Positions 49,260-58,301 of a stretch of 64,000 bases of DNA are shown in pieces; position 1 is the stretch's first letter; each line of letters begins with the position of its first letter. The notes under the pieces are model-generated. The model made no database searches, was not told the DNA's origin, and was given only the letters and a program-made list of their open reading frames with translations. The stretch comes from Candidatus Omnitrophota bacterium (lineage in GTDB: Bacteria > Omnitrophota > Omnitrophia > Omnitrophales > Aquincolibacteriaceae). The DNA lies in assembly GCA_043808175.1 (NCBI GenBank), contig JAZDFE010000028.1, forward strand, positions 17,079 to 81,078, read 5' to 3'. Made by a program: the position numbers and the translations under genes.

Positions 49260-50269
49260 TTGAAGATCACGAACAGGATGATCCAAGCATAGAGCCCGGC
49301 ACCCAGATCGTCGGCCATGATACCCCAGAAACGCGGGATATTCTCAAGCGACCGCACGGGGAAAGGTTTGAACACGTCAAAAACCCGGAACAATACGAAC
49401 CCAAGGATCACGGAAGACCAGGTCATCGGGATTAGCATGAACGTTACGAAAATACCGCAGACTTCGTCGATCACAATATATTGTGGGTCCGGGTCCGGGT
49501 CCGTGATCCGTTCGTAAGCCAAAGCGCCCCACACGACAAAGAACACAAAAACCGCTCCGTAAAGCCCGTTGCTCCACCGGGTCAGGAAAACCAGAAAAAC
49601 ACCGAGCAAACTTCCCCACGTCCCGGGGGCTTTTGGGAAGAGCCCCACCCCCGCCGCGAGAACGAACCTATTGAACGCTTCGGATCCAAAATGAGCCCGT
49701 TGGTTCCAGAGGAACATGCCGCCCGAGACAAGCGTCAGTGCGACCGTCGTGATCAGAAGAACCGGAATAAGATAATAAAGAATACCCGTCACTGCATCGA
49801 GAGCAGGATAGGGATTCAGAAGTAAATAGGCAAAGGCGATCCACACCGTGACCGTCTGAAAACCGAATTTCAGTTTGCCCATCATCTCGGCCCCCAAGGA
49901 CTTCCCTTCAAGAAGCCATCCAGTCCGGCAGAATCTCACCAGGATCTCACGGAAAAAGATCGGGACTACCCACCAGATCGAATAAAAATGGAGGGCCGCA
50001 AAAGCAACCATCGGCGCCAGGATCAGGATCTTGTCATTAAAGGGATCGATCCACCTGCCAAAGTCGGATTCGAGTTTATACTGACGGGCGATCCAGCCGT
50101 CGAAATAATCGGTGATCGCGCCCACGATGAACAAAACAAAGGCCCAAAGATGCCCTGCCGGGCTCGGCCGCAGGATCAGGAATGGCAGAGAAAGCCCGAT
50201 CAGACCGCGCGCGATGCTCAGCACGTTCGGATTCAGGAGAGAGTATTTATATTTCGCCCACGAGGTCAT
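49256..50269 (-). CDS. pgsA: Fusion of CDP-alcohol phosphatidyltransferase (PgsA-like) and phosphatidylglycerophosphatase A (PgpA)
   Basis: The N-terminal half carries DYFDGWIARQYKLESDFGRWIDPFNDK, the D-x2-DG-x2-AR...G-x3-D-x3-D motif. The C-terminal half carries PGTWGSL...VIDEVCG...FDVFKPFP...GIMADDLGAGLYA, which is PgpA-like. Confidence 0.7.
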   Translation of the reverse strand: MTSWAKYKYSLLNPNVLSIARGLIGLSLPFLILRPSPAGHLWAFVLFIVGAITDYFDGWIARQYKLESDFGRWIDPFNDKILILAPMVAFAALHFYSIWWVVPIFFREILVRFCRTGWLLEGKSLGAEMMGKLKFGFQTVTVWIAFAYLLLNPYPALDAVTGILYYLIPVLLITTVALTLVSGGMFLWNQRAHFGSEAFNRFVLAAGVGLFPKAPGTWGSLLGVFLVFLTRWSNGLYGAVFVFFVVWGALAYERITDPDPDPQYIVIDEVCGIFVTFMLIPMTWSSVILGFVLFRVFDVFKPFPVRSLENIPRFWGIMADDLGAGLYAWIILFVIFK

Positions 50270-51578
50270 AGTCTTGCGTATCCGTGATCTTGACGGTATA
50301 AAATTTTCCGGCCGTTATTTCTTTTGTCGTTCGGATAAGAACACTGCCATCCACTTCCGGCGCGTCCATGAAGGAACGCCCGGTCCACATACCCGGGTCT
50401 TTCTTATTCTGCGTTTCGACCAGCACCCGGAGCTCTTTGCCAAGATAACGGCGGTTCACTTCCCGCGCGATCTCCTGTTGCTGCAGCATAGCCCGGTGAT
50501 AGCGTTCCTCTTTGATCTTTTCGGGAACCTGCCCGGAGAACTCCGCGGCTGCGGAACCCTCTTCCTGGGAATACCGGAAGATCCCGAGACGCTCGAATTT
50601 CGTTTCGCGCATGAACGCCAGAAGCCCTTCAAAATCCTCTTCCGTCTCGCCCGGGAATCCCACGATAAAACTCGTCCGGATCACCCCCCCGGGGATCATG
50701 GCCCGTAATTTCCCGATCAGCTCCACGATCTGCTTCTTCGTACTCCCCCGCCGCATGGCTTTGAGTATTTTATCACTAATATGCTGGAGCGGTAAGTCTA
50801 TGTAGCGGCAGACCTGTTTTGACTTTGCGACGGCCCGGATGATCTCATCTGTCAACGTTGAAGGATAGGTGTAAAGAAGACGCACCCACTTGACGCCCCG
50901 CACCGTCTCCAAGACTTCCAGAAGTTGAGGCAAGAGTGACTTGCCGGCATAATCCCATCCGAATCTCGTGATGTCCTGACCGATCACGACGAGCTCCTTG
51001 GCTCCCTCGTCGGCCAATTGCTTCGCTTCCCGGACAAGGTCCGCGATGCGACGGGAACGGTAACATCCTCGAAGCTTGGGGATCACGCAAAAAGAGCACG
51101 CATGATCGCAGCCTTCCGAGATCTTAAGATAGCGGGAATGGGGGGGCGTCAGAGAGACGCGCGCTTCATCGGCCCCGGCAAGGTAACCGGCCTTGTGAAC
51201 ACTGACAAATTTCTGTCCGCCCGTGACCTTCTTCAGGACTTCGGCGATCCGCATATAGTCCCCGGAACCGAGAAAGGCGTCGACCTCGGGAAATTCTTTC
51301 TGGAGTTCCTCCGCATAGCGCTGGACCAAACATCCCACCACGACCACCCCGAGCAGTTTCTTTTCTTTCTTCAGCTCGAGCAATTTCAGAAGCGCGTCGA
51401 TCGACTCCTGCTTGGCGTCCCGGATGAACCCGCAGGTATTAAGCAATACCACATCGCTTTTTCCGATATCCTGCGTGATCGAATAACGGGCGCCACGGAC
51501 CTTGCCCAGGATGACCTCGCTGTCCACAAGCGTCTTGGAACATCCCAAGGACACGATCCCAACTCTGATCTCTTTCAT
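50247..51578 (-). CDS. rimO: Ribosomal protein S12 methylthiotransferase RimO
   Basis: It has a UPF0004 N-terminal domain (VSLGCSK), the radical-SAM cluster motif CDHACSFC and a C-terminal TRAM domain. Confidence 0.85.
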   Translation of the reverse strand: MKEIRVGIVSLGCSKTLVDSEVILGKVRGARYSITQDIGKSDVVLLNTCGFIRDAKQESIDALLKLLELKKEKKLLGVVVVGCLVQRYAEELQKEFPEVDAFLGSGDYMRIAEVLKKVTGGQKFVSVHKAGYLAGADEARVSLTPPHSRYLKISEGCDHACSFCVIPKLRGCYRSRRIADLVREAKQLADEGAKELVVIGQDITRFGWDYAGKSLLPQLLEVLETVRGVKWVRLLYTYPSTLTDEIIRAVAKSKQVCRYIDLPLQHISDKILKAMRRGSTKKQIVELIGKLRAMIPGGVIRTSFIVGFPGETEEDFEGLLAFMRETKFERLGIFRYSQEEGSAAAEFSGQVPEKIKEERYHRAMLQQQEIAREVNRRYLGKELRVLVETQNKKDPGMWTGRSFMDAPEVDGSVLIRTTKEITAGKFYTVKITDTQDYDLVGEI

Positions 51579-51621
51579 TGAACGGACTCCATGGATTTAC
51601 CGAAAGATAAAAAGGAGAGGC

Positions 51622-51651
51622 ATTGTAAGGTTTTTCTCTATTGAATTGGAA
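51622..51651 (-). promoter_or_regulatory. Candidate sigma-70 promoter upstream of rimO
   Basis: The minus strand reads TTCCAA-N18-TACAAT. A GGAG lies 8 nt before the rimO ATG. This rests on hexamer match only. Confidence 0.25.
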
Positions 51652-51689
51652 GATTTTTATCAGCCCTGTGGATTAGCGAGAAAACAACC

Positions 51690-54600
51690 TTACGCGGCTT
51701 TCAAGATCTGCCGGAACGCTACATAGAGAGCTGAAATATTCTTGAGAGCGCTGAGACTCTCCGCATTGATTACGATGCGCTTTCCTATAACAAAAAATCC
51801 TGGTTTTTGTCCGGATTCCGCGACCTGTTTCAGCAACGCAATATTTGCGTCACTATTTACTAGCCCTCTTTGATTGATGCTTTGCGCTGCCTTCACGACA
51901 GCGCTCCATACCCTCGGATCGCTGGCGAAATCTTTATCCTCCCAAAGACGCAGTGCATTCACTCCATCGAACTCAAAACCGAGCAGATCAAAAGCCGCAT
52001 CAGTGCCAGAAACAACATAGCCGTTTAGGAACTTCCTAACTTCCCTTTCCCTTTGAGCTTTCGGAGAGCTCATATTGCTCACCATGACATTTTTGATCAT
52101 CTTGGATGCAAACCCAGGCTTCTTGAATTCCACGGCGATCGCACGGATCAAATCCGAAAGCTGATCCGCACTCACAGCACCGCCCAACGCGAGCACTTTA
52201 AACTCTGCATTGGGATTTAACAGATAAGCGACAAAAAGCTCTCTGAGAAATTGTCTTGCGCTCGGCACATCCGCAAACCCGCTTTCAAGGAGTCGCGCCG
52301 GCTTGCCGCCCGCATCACTCATCGGCACCGTACTGTTCGGCACCGCTTTTTGCAATTTCCTGGAAAGATCGGCATTATCCACCAGTGTTGCGATCTGCGC
52401 TAAAATGTGGACGGCCGCTTCCACACTCTCCTCCGTCGCAAGCGGCACAAGGCCACGCGTCAGAATCAACGTGACCTGCATTTCGGGCGATAGATCATCT
52501 ACCCCGACGCCTATGTCGTTTGCGATCTTGTGGAGCGCAACAAAGGAAGTCCCCTCCAGGGTCACTCTTTCACCATTCTTCAACCCTTCCCTGATCACCG
52601 CCGCCACATCCTTTTCCGCTTCTGTTATCTGCGTCTTAGCACGGGCTTGAGTCGATCCCACAGATTCCCTCGCCTCAGCGCGGGTTTCTGATCTGATCGG
52701 GGTCGTCATGCCTGTCCCAGACTCAGCAGGCGGCATTTCTTCACTAGACTGCCGGGACTGATATTCTAAAATTGCGTCAAGATAACGGTCGATTTGATTC
52801 GCATCCTCATCCGAAATATGATGCGCCAACGTCTGATCTGCCCTTCTCCTGTTAAGCTTTTTGCTTTCTTCGACGCGAATATAACGAGCATCCAGAATAA
52901 AAAGACCGTAGTTGTTTTGCAAACGCTCCATTATTTCTGCTCTTCTGGGATCCTGGCCTCTTATCATTTCAAAGTAGTCATCACTCAATAGTTCCGCCCC
53001 CGTATAGGGAAAACCAGGGCCAGAGGCGGACATGCCGCCCGCTTGCTCCTGTTGGAGAATGGATGGAACACGGAAAATCAGCATCGGCCCGAGTTCGCCT
53101 ATTTGCTCCGAGAACTGAGAAGCCTCGATTCGCTCTTCCCAACTTGCAGGGAACTTGCCTGTGGCACGATAATTGGTTTGCACGGCCGTGCCCGTCATGA
53201 TCCCTGTCTTCGAAATATTTTCCAGTTCCTGCATGCTCATTATGCGATACCGCTCTTCCCAATAAACATATTTTCCATCGGCCATTTGATCGACCTCAAA
53301 AACATACATCCGTGGGTTTTCTAACGAACCGGCAACTTTTCTAGCCAATTCGATACGGCGAGCTTTTTCAGCTTCAACAATTCCTTCGTCATAAATAATA
53401 TAAAAAAGCTCTAAACGTGCCGCCCAGGCAAGCGCCCATTGCACGTGAGCCGCCGGTTGAGCCATATGCCGCTTTATCGGGCCAACCCCTCGAGTCACAT
53501 CAAGCCATCCGCCCTCCGGTTGTCCGAATAACTTCCCGCCAACAACTAAATGGGGGATTACTGTCTTTAGTTTTGATTCCAAATCTTTTTGCTCGTGAAC
53601 CGTACGACGAAATTCCTGAACTTGCTTGATCGCAAGCTTCGTATTTTCGATAACATTGCCGGACGCCTCCGAACTAAGTTCTTCCCTTGCTTCGGAGCGG
53701 CGCTCTCCTTCACTTGTTTCTGGCACTGCCGCGGCCGGTTTCTTTTTTGTAGCCATTACATTCAGAACCAAATTGCTTTTGTCCGGGTCATAACCCATTT
53801 CTTCTTTAATATAAACAAACTCGGTCACAAATCCGCCCTGCTCATTGGCACGGTCGAATACAGTTCCTTTAAAAAGTTCCCTAAGGGAGGACAACTCCGT
53901 TTTTTTCTCCTCCGACTCGCTGGCTACTTGTTGCAATTTTTGATAATCTAAAAGGAATGGCAAGAATTTTTCACTTCGGTATTCCGAAAAAAACGACAAG
54001 ATTCCTGAAGTTGGAATATTTGCACTTGTTTCGGCTTTCTTCCGGAGAACGGGGAGTCGCTCTCGAAAAGCACGATACTTCCCAAGAACCTCCTGCCCTG
54101 CCTCTCCCCCTCTCCGATCCAATTCTTCAAAAGCCCTTTCCACCATGACCACCAATGTCATTGGGTTAATGATGTCGGTGATGGTCATGACGGTGCCCTC
54201 CGCCATTTTTTTCAAGAACTCCTCCGTAAAGTGGTTCCCGCGATCCCCAACGTCCAGACCGATCCAGTGAAGATTAAAAACAGGAGGGATGCCGTAGTGA
54301 TCACCTGACGGTGAGATCTGGATTTCACCGACACGCTCCTCCTCCCCTGGACTGTCCATCCGAACAATGGAAAAAGAGTGCAGTGGCGTGGGCGCGTCAT
54401 CATCCCTCCCTTCCTCATACTGAAGCCCGTATCGCGCGGCATCCTCCCCCGTTATTTGATAGTTCTGGATCTCTTCTAAAAATGGCCTGTCTTCGCTCGA
54501 AACATCCCTAAAAAGTTCCCCCCGCATTTCGGAACGTGGTTCCCCTTCGCCGGGGCTTACTATTTCTTCAAGCGCATTGACAACTTTGGGGTCGAACTTC

Positions 54601-57600
54601 GCAGGATCTTGACGCAACGCCGCGATGACTTCCTGTGGGGTCGACGGAGCATGATAAGGACGCTCCGAGGTCCGAGCGTCAAAGTAATCTGCCACGGTCA
54701 CAATGCTCGTCAGACGATTGACATGATTTTCTGCGTGGTGCATTTCAACGATCTTCTGCACGATCTCCCGGTACGGAACTCCCGTCGGAACCAACGCAGC
54801 ACCCGTCTGGGGGTGAAGATCCATCACGGTTTTCTCAGAAAACTCCAACGCTCTGGGTTTTTGAAGAATGCTATCCGGTACTACGATCTTTCCGAGATCG
54901 TGAAACATCGCGGCATCAGACAGGATCGTAGCATCCGCCGGACTCAATCCCATCTGCTTCGCGATCAAAAGGCTGAGATCCCGCACCCGCACTGAATGCT
55001 CGTAAAGTTCCGGATCTTTGGCCTGAAGATCTTTGATCGCGTTCTCAAAGCTCATCAGCGGCGATTCCTCCCGCATTTCGGAGCGGCCTGCGATAAGCAC
55101 AGAATAAGGCACGCGACGGCCGCCTAATTCCTCCAAGGCTTGTCTGGCTTTTTCGCGCTGAGCCTTGTGGTAAAGAGAAAGAAGCGCTTCTGCTTTGGCA
55201 GGTTTGAATGTGAGGATCTGACTGTATTTTCCCCGTTCCACGTCCATGGCTTTTTCGAGATCTTCCGGGGAAACTGCCTTTACCACTTCCGAAAGCCACG
55301 CTGTCATGCTCATGATACTGTTGATCTTAAAAAGAGGGGTGAGGTGTTCTTTTTGGACATTGATCAGTAGAAGCCGGGGAGACGTCGTTTTAGGAACTCC
55401 GGGGATCTCGCTAAGACGCCCCTTTAATTCCAACGCCAAACTGTCTAGTGTTTCAACTGTAGGCGGACCACGGTTTCTTTGGGCATCTTGATGAAACGCT
55501 GCCACCATTCCGTCCGGAGCCACCCGGAAAAGGATCGTTCCCTTTCCAAGCATCTCCTGGACCGTCTCTCCGTCTTTGATCCCAAAAAGTTCGCGTGCGA
55601 TCCCGGAAACAGCCGTGATGGTCTCATCCCCTCTATCGTAGCCGATCTCGCTTTGAAATTCATGGAACGCCCTCTCTACCGTCTTCCCCTCCGTGTAGCC
55701 CTGGACCGTGAGATGGCTCATACCGTCGATTGCGGCCTCTTTTTCCCGAACCGCTGCCTGCCCGGCCGTTTCCGTCAAAAAGCCTGTGAGCGTATCCACG
55801 ATCTCCGGATCATTTTTCTCAGAGCGGAATTTCCGTTCCTCGATCTTTTTCGCTTCTTTTTCGACCTTTGCCGGTGTCACCGCAGTTTTAACAAAGAGCC
55901 CGACAGCAGCCTGATTCCTTCCCTTATTCTTTGCTTCCGAAAGCGCGTCATTGGCCAGGCGCATCGACCACAAAGCAAATAATCCCATGCGGTTAGGCCT
56001 TAAAGTTTCTACGCCGTCTTTCATGAAAGTCCAATAATCCCCTCCGTCCTCATCCTTCACGTTCTTCATCACATCTTGTAAATACTTTAACGTCTTACCG
56101 GCGGGGACTGCGCCGATAGAAACGCTGAAAAATCCCCGCTCAGGGGTTTCGAATTGGACCCCAGAAAGCTGATCGCCTTCCAATCCCAGTTCCGTATGGA
56201 TCTTTTGCAAAAATCCGCTCCATGCCCCTTCCCCGCTCAGTTTCTGCCTGTCGACAAGAATATAGGTACCGCCCGCATAATGCGCCGCGCTAAGTACAAG
56301 GGGATCTTCCTTCAAACGCAACGTTTCAGACACGCTGAGAGTTTTAGTTTCATCCACCACCAGAACCGCATAACGTTCCCGAAACGCTAAAGTGAATTCT
56401 CGAATGACGCTCTTCAGTTCTTCCTGACCGAACTTTTCGTTTGCCAGGATCATGAATTCATCCCCGCCGGAACCACGAAACACTTTTGCTTTATATTTTT
56501 CCAAAAGCTTGAACCATTCTTCCCTCAATTTAAAGAAAGGTGATTCATTGGGTGGAAAAAGATGGTCAACCGATTTCAACAGACTTAGAACCCCTACGAT
56601 CGCTTTACCGCCGAGCGCTAAATTTTGGGCGCCGGCCTTATCGAGATCTCCGGTAATGAAAAGGAATTTTTCAAGATGAGCCACCTCGGGATGTTCCCGC
56701 AAATAATCCAAAAGTTGTTCCGTTCCTTCAGTTTTTGTTTTCCAAAAATCCCTCCAACTACCGGTCACCCCCTGCGTCATCACCCCCGTCCGCACCTCGG
56801 AACGTGGGAGGGCCATGTGTACCGCCACATCCCCAAGAGACAAGCCAGGATTCCCAAGTAAAAAGTTCCTCATTTCGGAACGTTGTTTTCCGATTTTTGC
56901 TTTTTGCGGACTTGGTTTTACGGTTTTAGGAGCAGCCTTTAAGATAGGGTCCAATTGCCGTGCGTACTGGGCGAGCTCCGGGGTCAAACGTTCTACGGCA
57001 TCTTCCGCATCGCGAACGGCCCCAGCCGCCTCTCGCTTGATAATTTCCCATTCGGCCGTTGTGTACCCTTTGGGGGAATATGCGTTCAATTTTTCGAGCT
57101 TCCGTCTGGCATCGCCGAGATATTTTCGTTCCAGGTCAGTTAAATTCTTCAAGTTAATACTGAGGCGTTTTCTCTCCCCTTGAAACCTTTTGCGATCACG
57201 TTCGTTTAAGGGTATTTTTTCTTTGAGTTTTTCCTCGAGCTTTTCCCCTTTAATTTTGTCCGCTAAGGCCTCGGCGTCCCGGATCCTGCGAAGCGCATTG
57301 GTAAGAGGCGCATTAACGTTTTCTACTTGATAGAGATCCACCGTGAGGTTCTTGAACAGCGTTACCGTATGTTGCCGGTAACTTTCGCTCAAGGCTTCCC
57401 CCATGGTTTGTTCCACCAACTGTGCTGCGAACGTTTTAACAGCAATTGCTTTCAAGTAGGTCGCAAGTCCGAAATGAAGGTTGGCTTCCTCCCCCTCGTT
57501 CCTGGGCTTTGCGGTATCTCCCAGATAAGGCGTATTGTATTTTCCGTGGAACCGCGGCCACCCGTCCTTCTCCCCGGGCCGGCCTGCAACATCCTGGGCC

Positions 57601-58301
57601 GTAGGCTCCATACGAATGTAAATGAATAGCCGCCACAGGAGATGCTGCAAAGTCGGGTCCAAGGCGATACTTTCCCGGATGGTTCTCATTTCCTTTGTAT
57701 TCAAATTGTTGTATGTTGCCGCCCGAAGCGCCTTGTAAAAAGCGTCCACGCCGGGAGTCCAATTTTTTTCTATGAGCTGCCTTACGGAACTGTCTTCGGG
57801 TGCTAGCATCGCCTCACGGAAAACATCGACCGCTGATTGAGCCTCGATCTGGAAGGGACCTGCCGCGGGACCTTTTTTCTTTTGATAAGGTTCGAACGTC
57901 GGATTTTCGAGATAGGTTAGATAGATCGCGGCGAAGGCCAAATGCTGGATGCGCTCTGCACGTTCTTTTTCGCTGGCGTTGGGATAAAGAGTGGCCTCGG
58001 AATCCCTTAAGAAAACTATGGTGTCCAGATAGTGACGGATAATACGCTGCATCTGTTCGTTTTGTATATTCTCCGTATCGATCGCCGTCAAATTACCCTG
58101 CAGCGCTTCAAGATCAAATGGGGTAAGCACTCTCACCGGTGCGACGGCCGTACTCGTTCCGGGCTCGACCACCGGCGATGCATTGTGGAACACGTAATAG
58201 ACCGCTCCTCCACTCAGCAACACCAACGATAGTGTGCCAATAGCAAATGTTAGTTTGATGCGCTCAAGCTCGGATTGGGGAATTCTTATTCGCACTCGCA
58301 C
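51690..58301 (-). CDS. Giant multi-module protein (2203 aa): TM anchor, SLT-like, GGDEF, degenerate GGDEF, HD-GYP-like and three unassigned modules, separated by RSExR linkers
   Basis: It is one uninterrupted ORF. The GTG start at 58301 overlaps the upstream giant gene by 16 nt. It has a TM helix (LTFAIGTLSLVLLSGGAVYYVF), a GGDEF motif (FRGSGGDEFMIL), an HD motif (FHDLGK) and six in-frame RSExR motifs. Confidence 0.8.
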   Translation of the reverse strand: MRVRIRIPQSELERIKLTFAIGTLSLVLLSGGAVYYVFHNASPVVEPGTSTAVAPVRVLTPFDLEALQGNLTAIDTENIQNEQMQRIIRHYLDTIVFLRDSEATLYPNASEKERAERIQHLAFAAIYLTYLENPTFEPYQKKKGPAAGPFQIEAQSAVDVFREAMLAPEDSSVRQLIEKNWTPGVDAFYKALRAATYNNLNTKEMRTIRESIALDPTLQHLLWRLFIYIRMEPTAQDVAGRPGEKDGWPRFHGKYNTPYLGDTAKPRNEGEEANLHFGLATYLKAIAVKTFAAQLVEQTMGEALSESYRQHTVTLFKNLTVDLYQVENVNAPLTNALRRIRDAEALADKIKGEKLEEKLKEKIPLNERDRKRFQGERKRLSINLKNLTDLERKYLGDARRKLEKLNAYSPKGYTTAEWEIIKREAAGAVRDAEDAVERLTPELAQYARQLDPILKAAPKTVKPSPQKAKIGKQRSEMRNFLLGNPGLSLGDVAVHMALPRSEVRTGVMTQGVTGSWRDFWKTKTEGTEQLLDYLREHPEVAHLEKFLFITGDLDKAGAQNLALGGKAIVGVLSLLKSVDHLFPPNESPFFKLREEWFKLLEKYKAKVFRGSGGDEFMILANEKFGQEELKSVIREFTLAFRERYAVLVVDETKTLSVSETLRLKEDPLVLSAAHYAGGTYILVDRQKLSGEGAWSGFLQKIHTELGLEGDQLSGVQFETPERGFFSVSIGAVPAGKTLKYLQDVMKNVKDEDGGDYWTFMKDGVETLRPNRMGLFALWSMRLANDALSEAKNKGRNQAAVGLFVKTAVTPAKVEKEAKKIEERKFRSEKNDPEIVDTLTGFLTETAGQAAVREKEAAIDGMSHLTVQGYTEGKTVERAFHEFQSEIGYDRGDETITAVSGIARELFGIKDGETVQEMLGKGTILFRVAPDGMVAAFHQDAQRNRGPPTVETLDSLALELKGRLSEIPGVPKTTSPRLLLINVQKEHLTPLFKINSIMSMTAWLSEVVKAVSPEDLEKAMDVERGKYSQILTFKPAKAEALLSLYHKAQREKARQALEELGGRRVPYSVLIAGRSEMREESPLMSFENAIKDLQAKDPELYEHSVRVRDLSLLIAKQMGLSPADATILSDAAMFHDLGKIVVPDSILQKPRALEFSEKTVMDLHPQTGAALVPTGVPYREIVQKIVEMHHAENHVNRLTSIVTVADYFDARTSERPYHAPSTPQEVIAALRQDPAKFDPKVVNALEEIVSPGEGEPRSEMRGELFRDVSSEDRPFLEEIQNYQITGEDAARYGLQYEEGRDDDAPTPLHSFSIVRMDSPGEEERVGEIQISPSGDHYGIPPVFNLHWIGLDVGDRGNHFTEEFLKKMAEGTVMTITDIINPMTLVVMVERAFEELDRRGGEAGQEVLGKYRAFRERLPVLRKKAETSANIPTSGILSFFSEYRSEKFLPFLLDYQKLQQVASESEEKKTELSSLRELFKGTVFDRANEQGGFVTEFVYIKEEMGYDPDKSNLVLNVMATKKKPAAAVPETSEGERRSEAREELSSEASGNVIENTKLAIKQVQEFRRTVHEQKDLESKLKTVIPHLVVGGKLFGQPEGGWLDVTRGVGPIKRHMAQPAAHVQWALAWAARLELFYIIYDEGIVEAEKARRIELARKVAGSLENPRMYVFEVDQMADGKYVYWEERYRIMSMQELENISKTGIMTGTAVQTNYRATGKFPASWEERIEASQFSEQIGELGPMLIFRVPSILQQEQAGGMSASGPGFPYTGAELLSDDYFEMIRGQDPRRAEIMERLQNNYGLFILDARYIRVEESKKLNRRRADQTLAHHISDEDANQIDRYLDAILEYQSRQSSEEMPPAESGTGMTTPIRSETRAEARESVGSTQARAKTQITEAEKDVAAVIREGLKNGERVTLEGTSFVALHKIANDIGVGVDDLSPEMQVTLILTRGLVPLATEESVEAAVHILAQIATLVDNADLSRKLQKAVPNSTVPMSDAGGKPARLLESGFADVPSARQFLRELFVAYLLNPNAEFKVLALGGAVSADQLSDLIRAIAVEFKKPGFASKMIKNVMVSNMSSPKAQREREVRKFLNGYVVSGTDAAFDLLGFEFDGVNALRLWEDKDFASDPRVWSAVVKAAQSINQRGLVNSDANIALLKQVAESGQKPGFFVIGKRIVINAESLSALKNISALYVAFRQILKAA
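54567..55019 (-). other. HD-GYP-family phosphohydrolase domain with degenerate GYP
   Basis: HSVRVRDL, FHDLGK, DLHPQTG and VADYFDARTSERPY are present. HHAENHVNRL stands in place of HHExxDGxGYP. Confidence 0.6.
55497..55799 (-). other. Second, degenerate GGDEF-like domain (RGDET)
   Basis: It starts with DTLTGFL and has YDRGDET (55620..55634) where GGDEF would be. Confidence 0.45.
55902..56684 (-). other. GGDEF (diguanylate cyclase-type) domain with intact GGDEF
   Basis: FITGDLDKAGAQN (metal-site-like), SGGDEF (56454..56468), SVSIGAV and ANDALSEAKNKGRNQ follow the canonical GGDEF order. An internal insertion is present. Confidence 0.65.
57612..57974 (-). other. Lytic-transglycosylase (SLT)-like segment within the 2203-aa protein
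   Basis: YLENPTFEP...GPAAGPFQIEAQSA...ALRAATYNNL parallels the SLT pattern ES...GxxGLMQI...AYNxG. The match is loose. Confidence 0.35.

Noticed and set aside
52695-53684. Possible ADP-ribosyltransferase (R-S-E type) in the unassigned module of the 2203-aa protein (NYRATG ... SQFSEQ ... QQEQ).
   Set aside because: The spacing between the putative Arg, Ser and Glu elements is much shorter than in known ART toxins, and the motifs are weak. It is left unassigned.
55815-55826. Partial motif hits that could inflate the RSExR count: FRSEK here, YRSEK at 53967..53978, and LKSELR at 61967..61981.
   Set aside because: They lack one of the two Arg residues. At least the first two lie inside apparent domains rather than in Gly/Pro/Glu-rich linkers. 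They are not counted among the 11 (plus 1) motifs.
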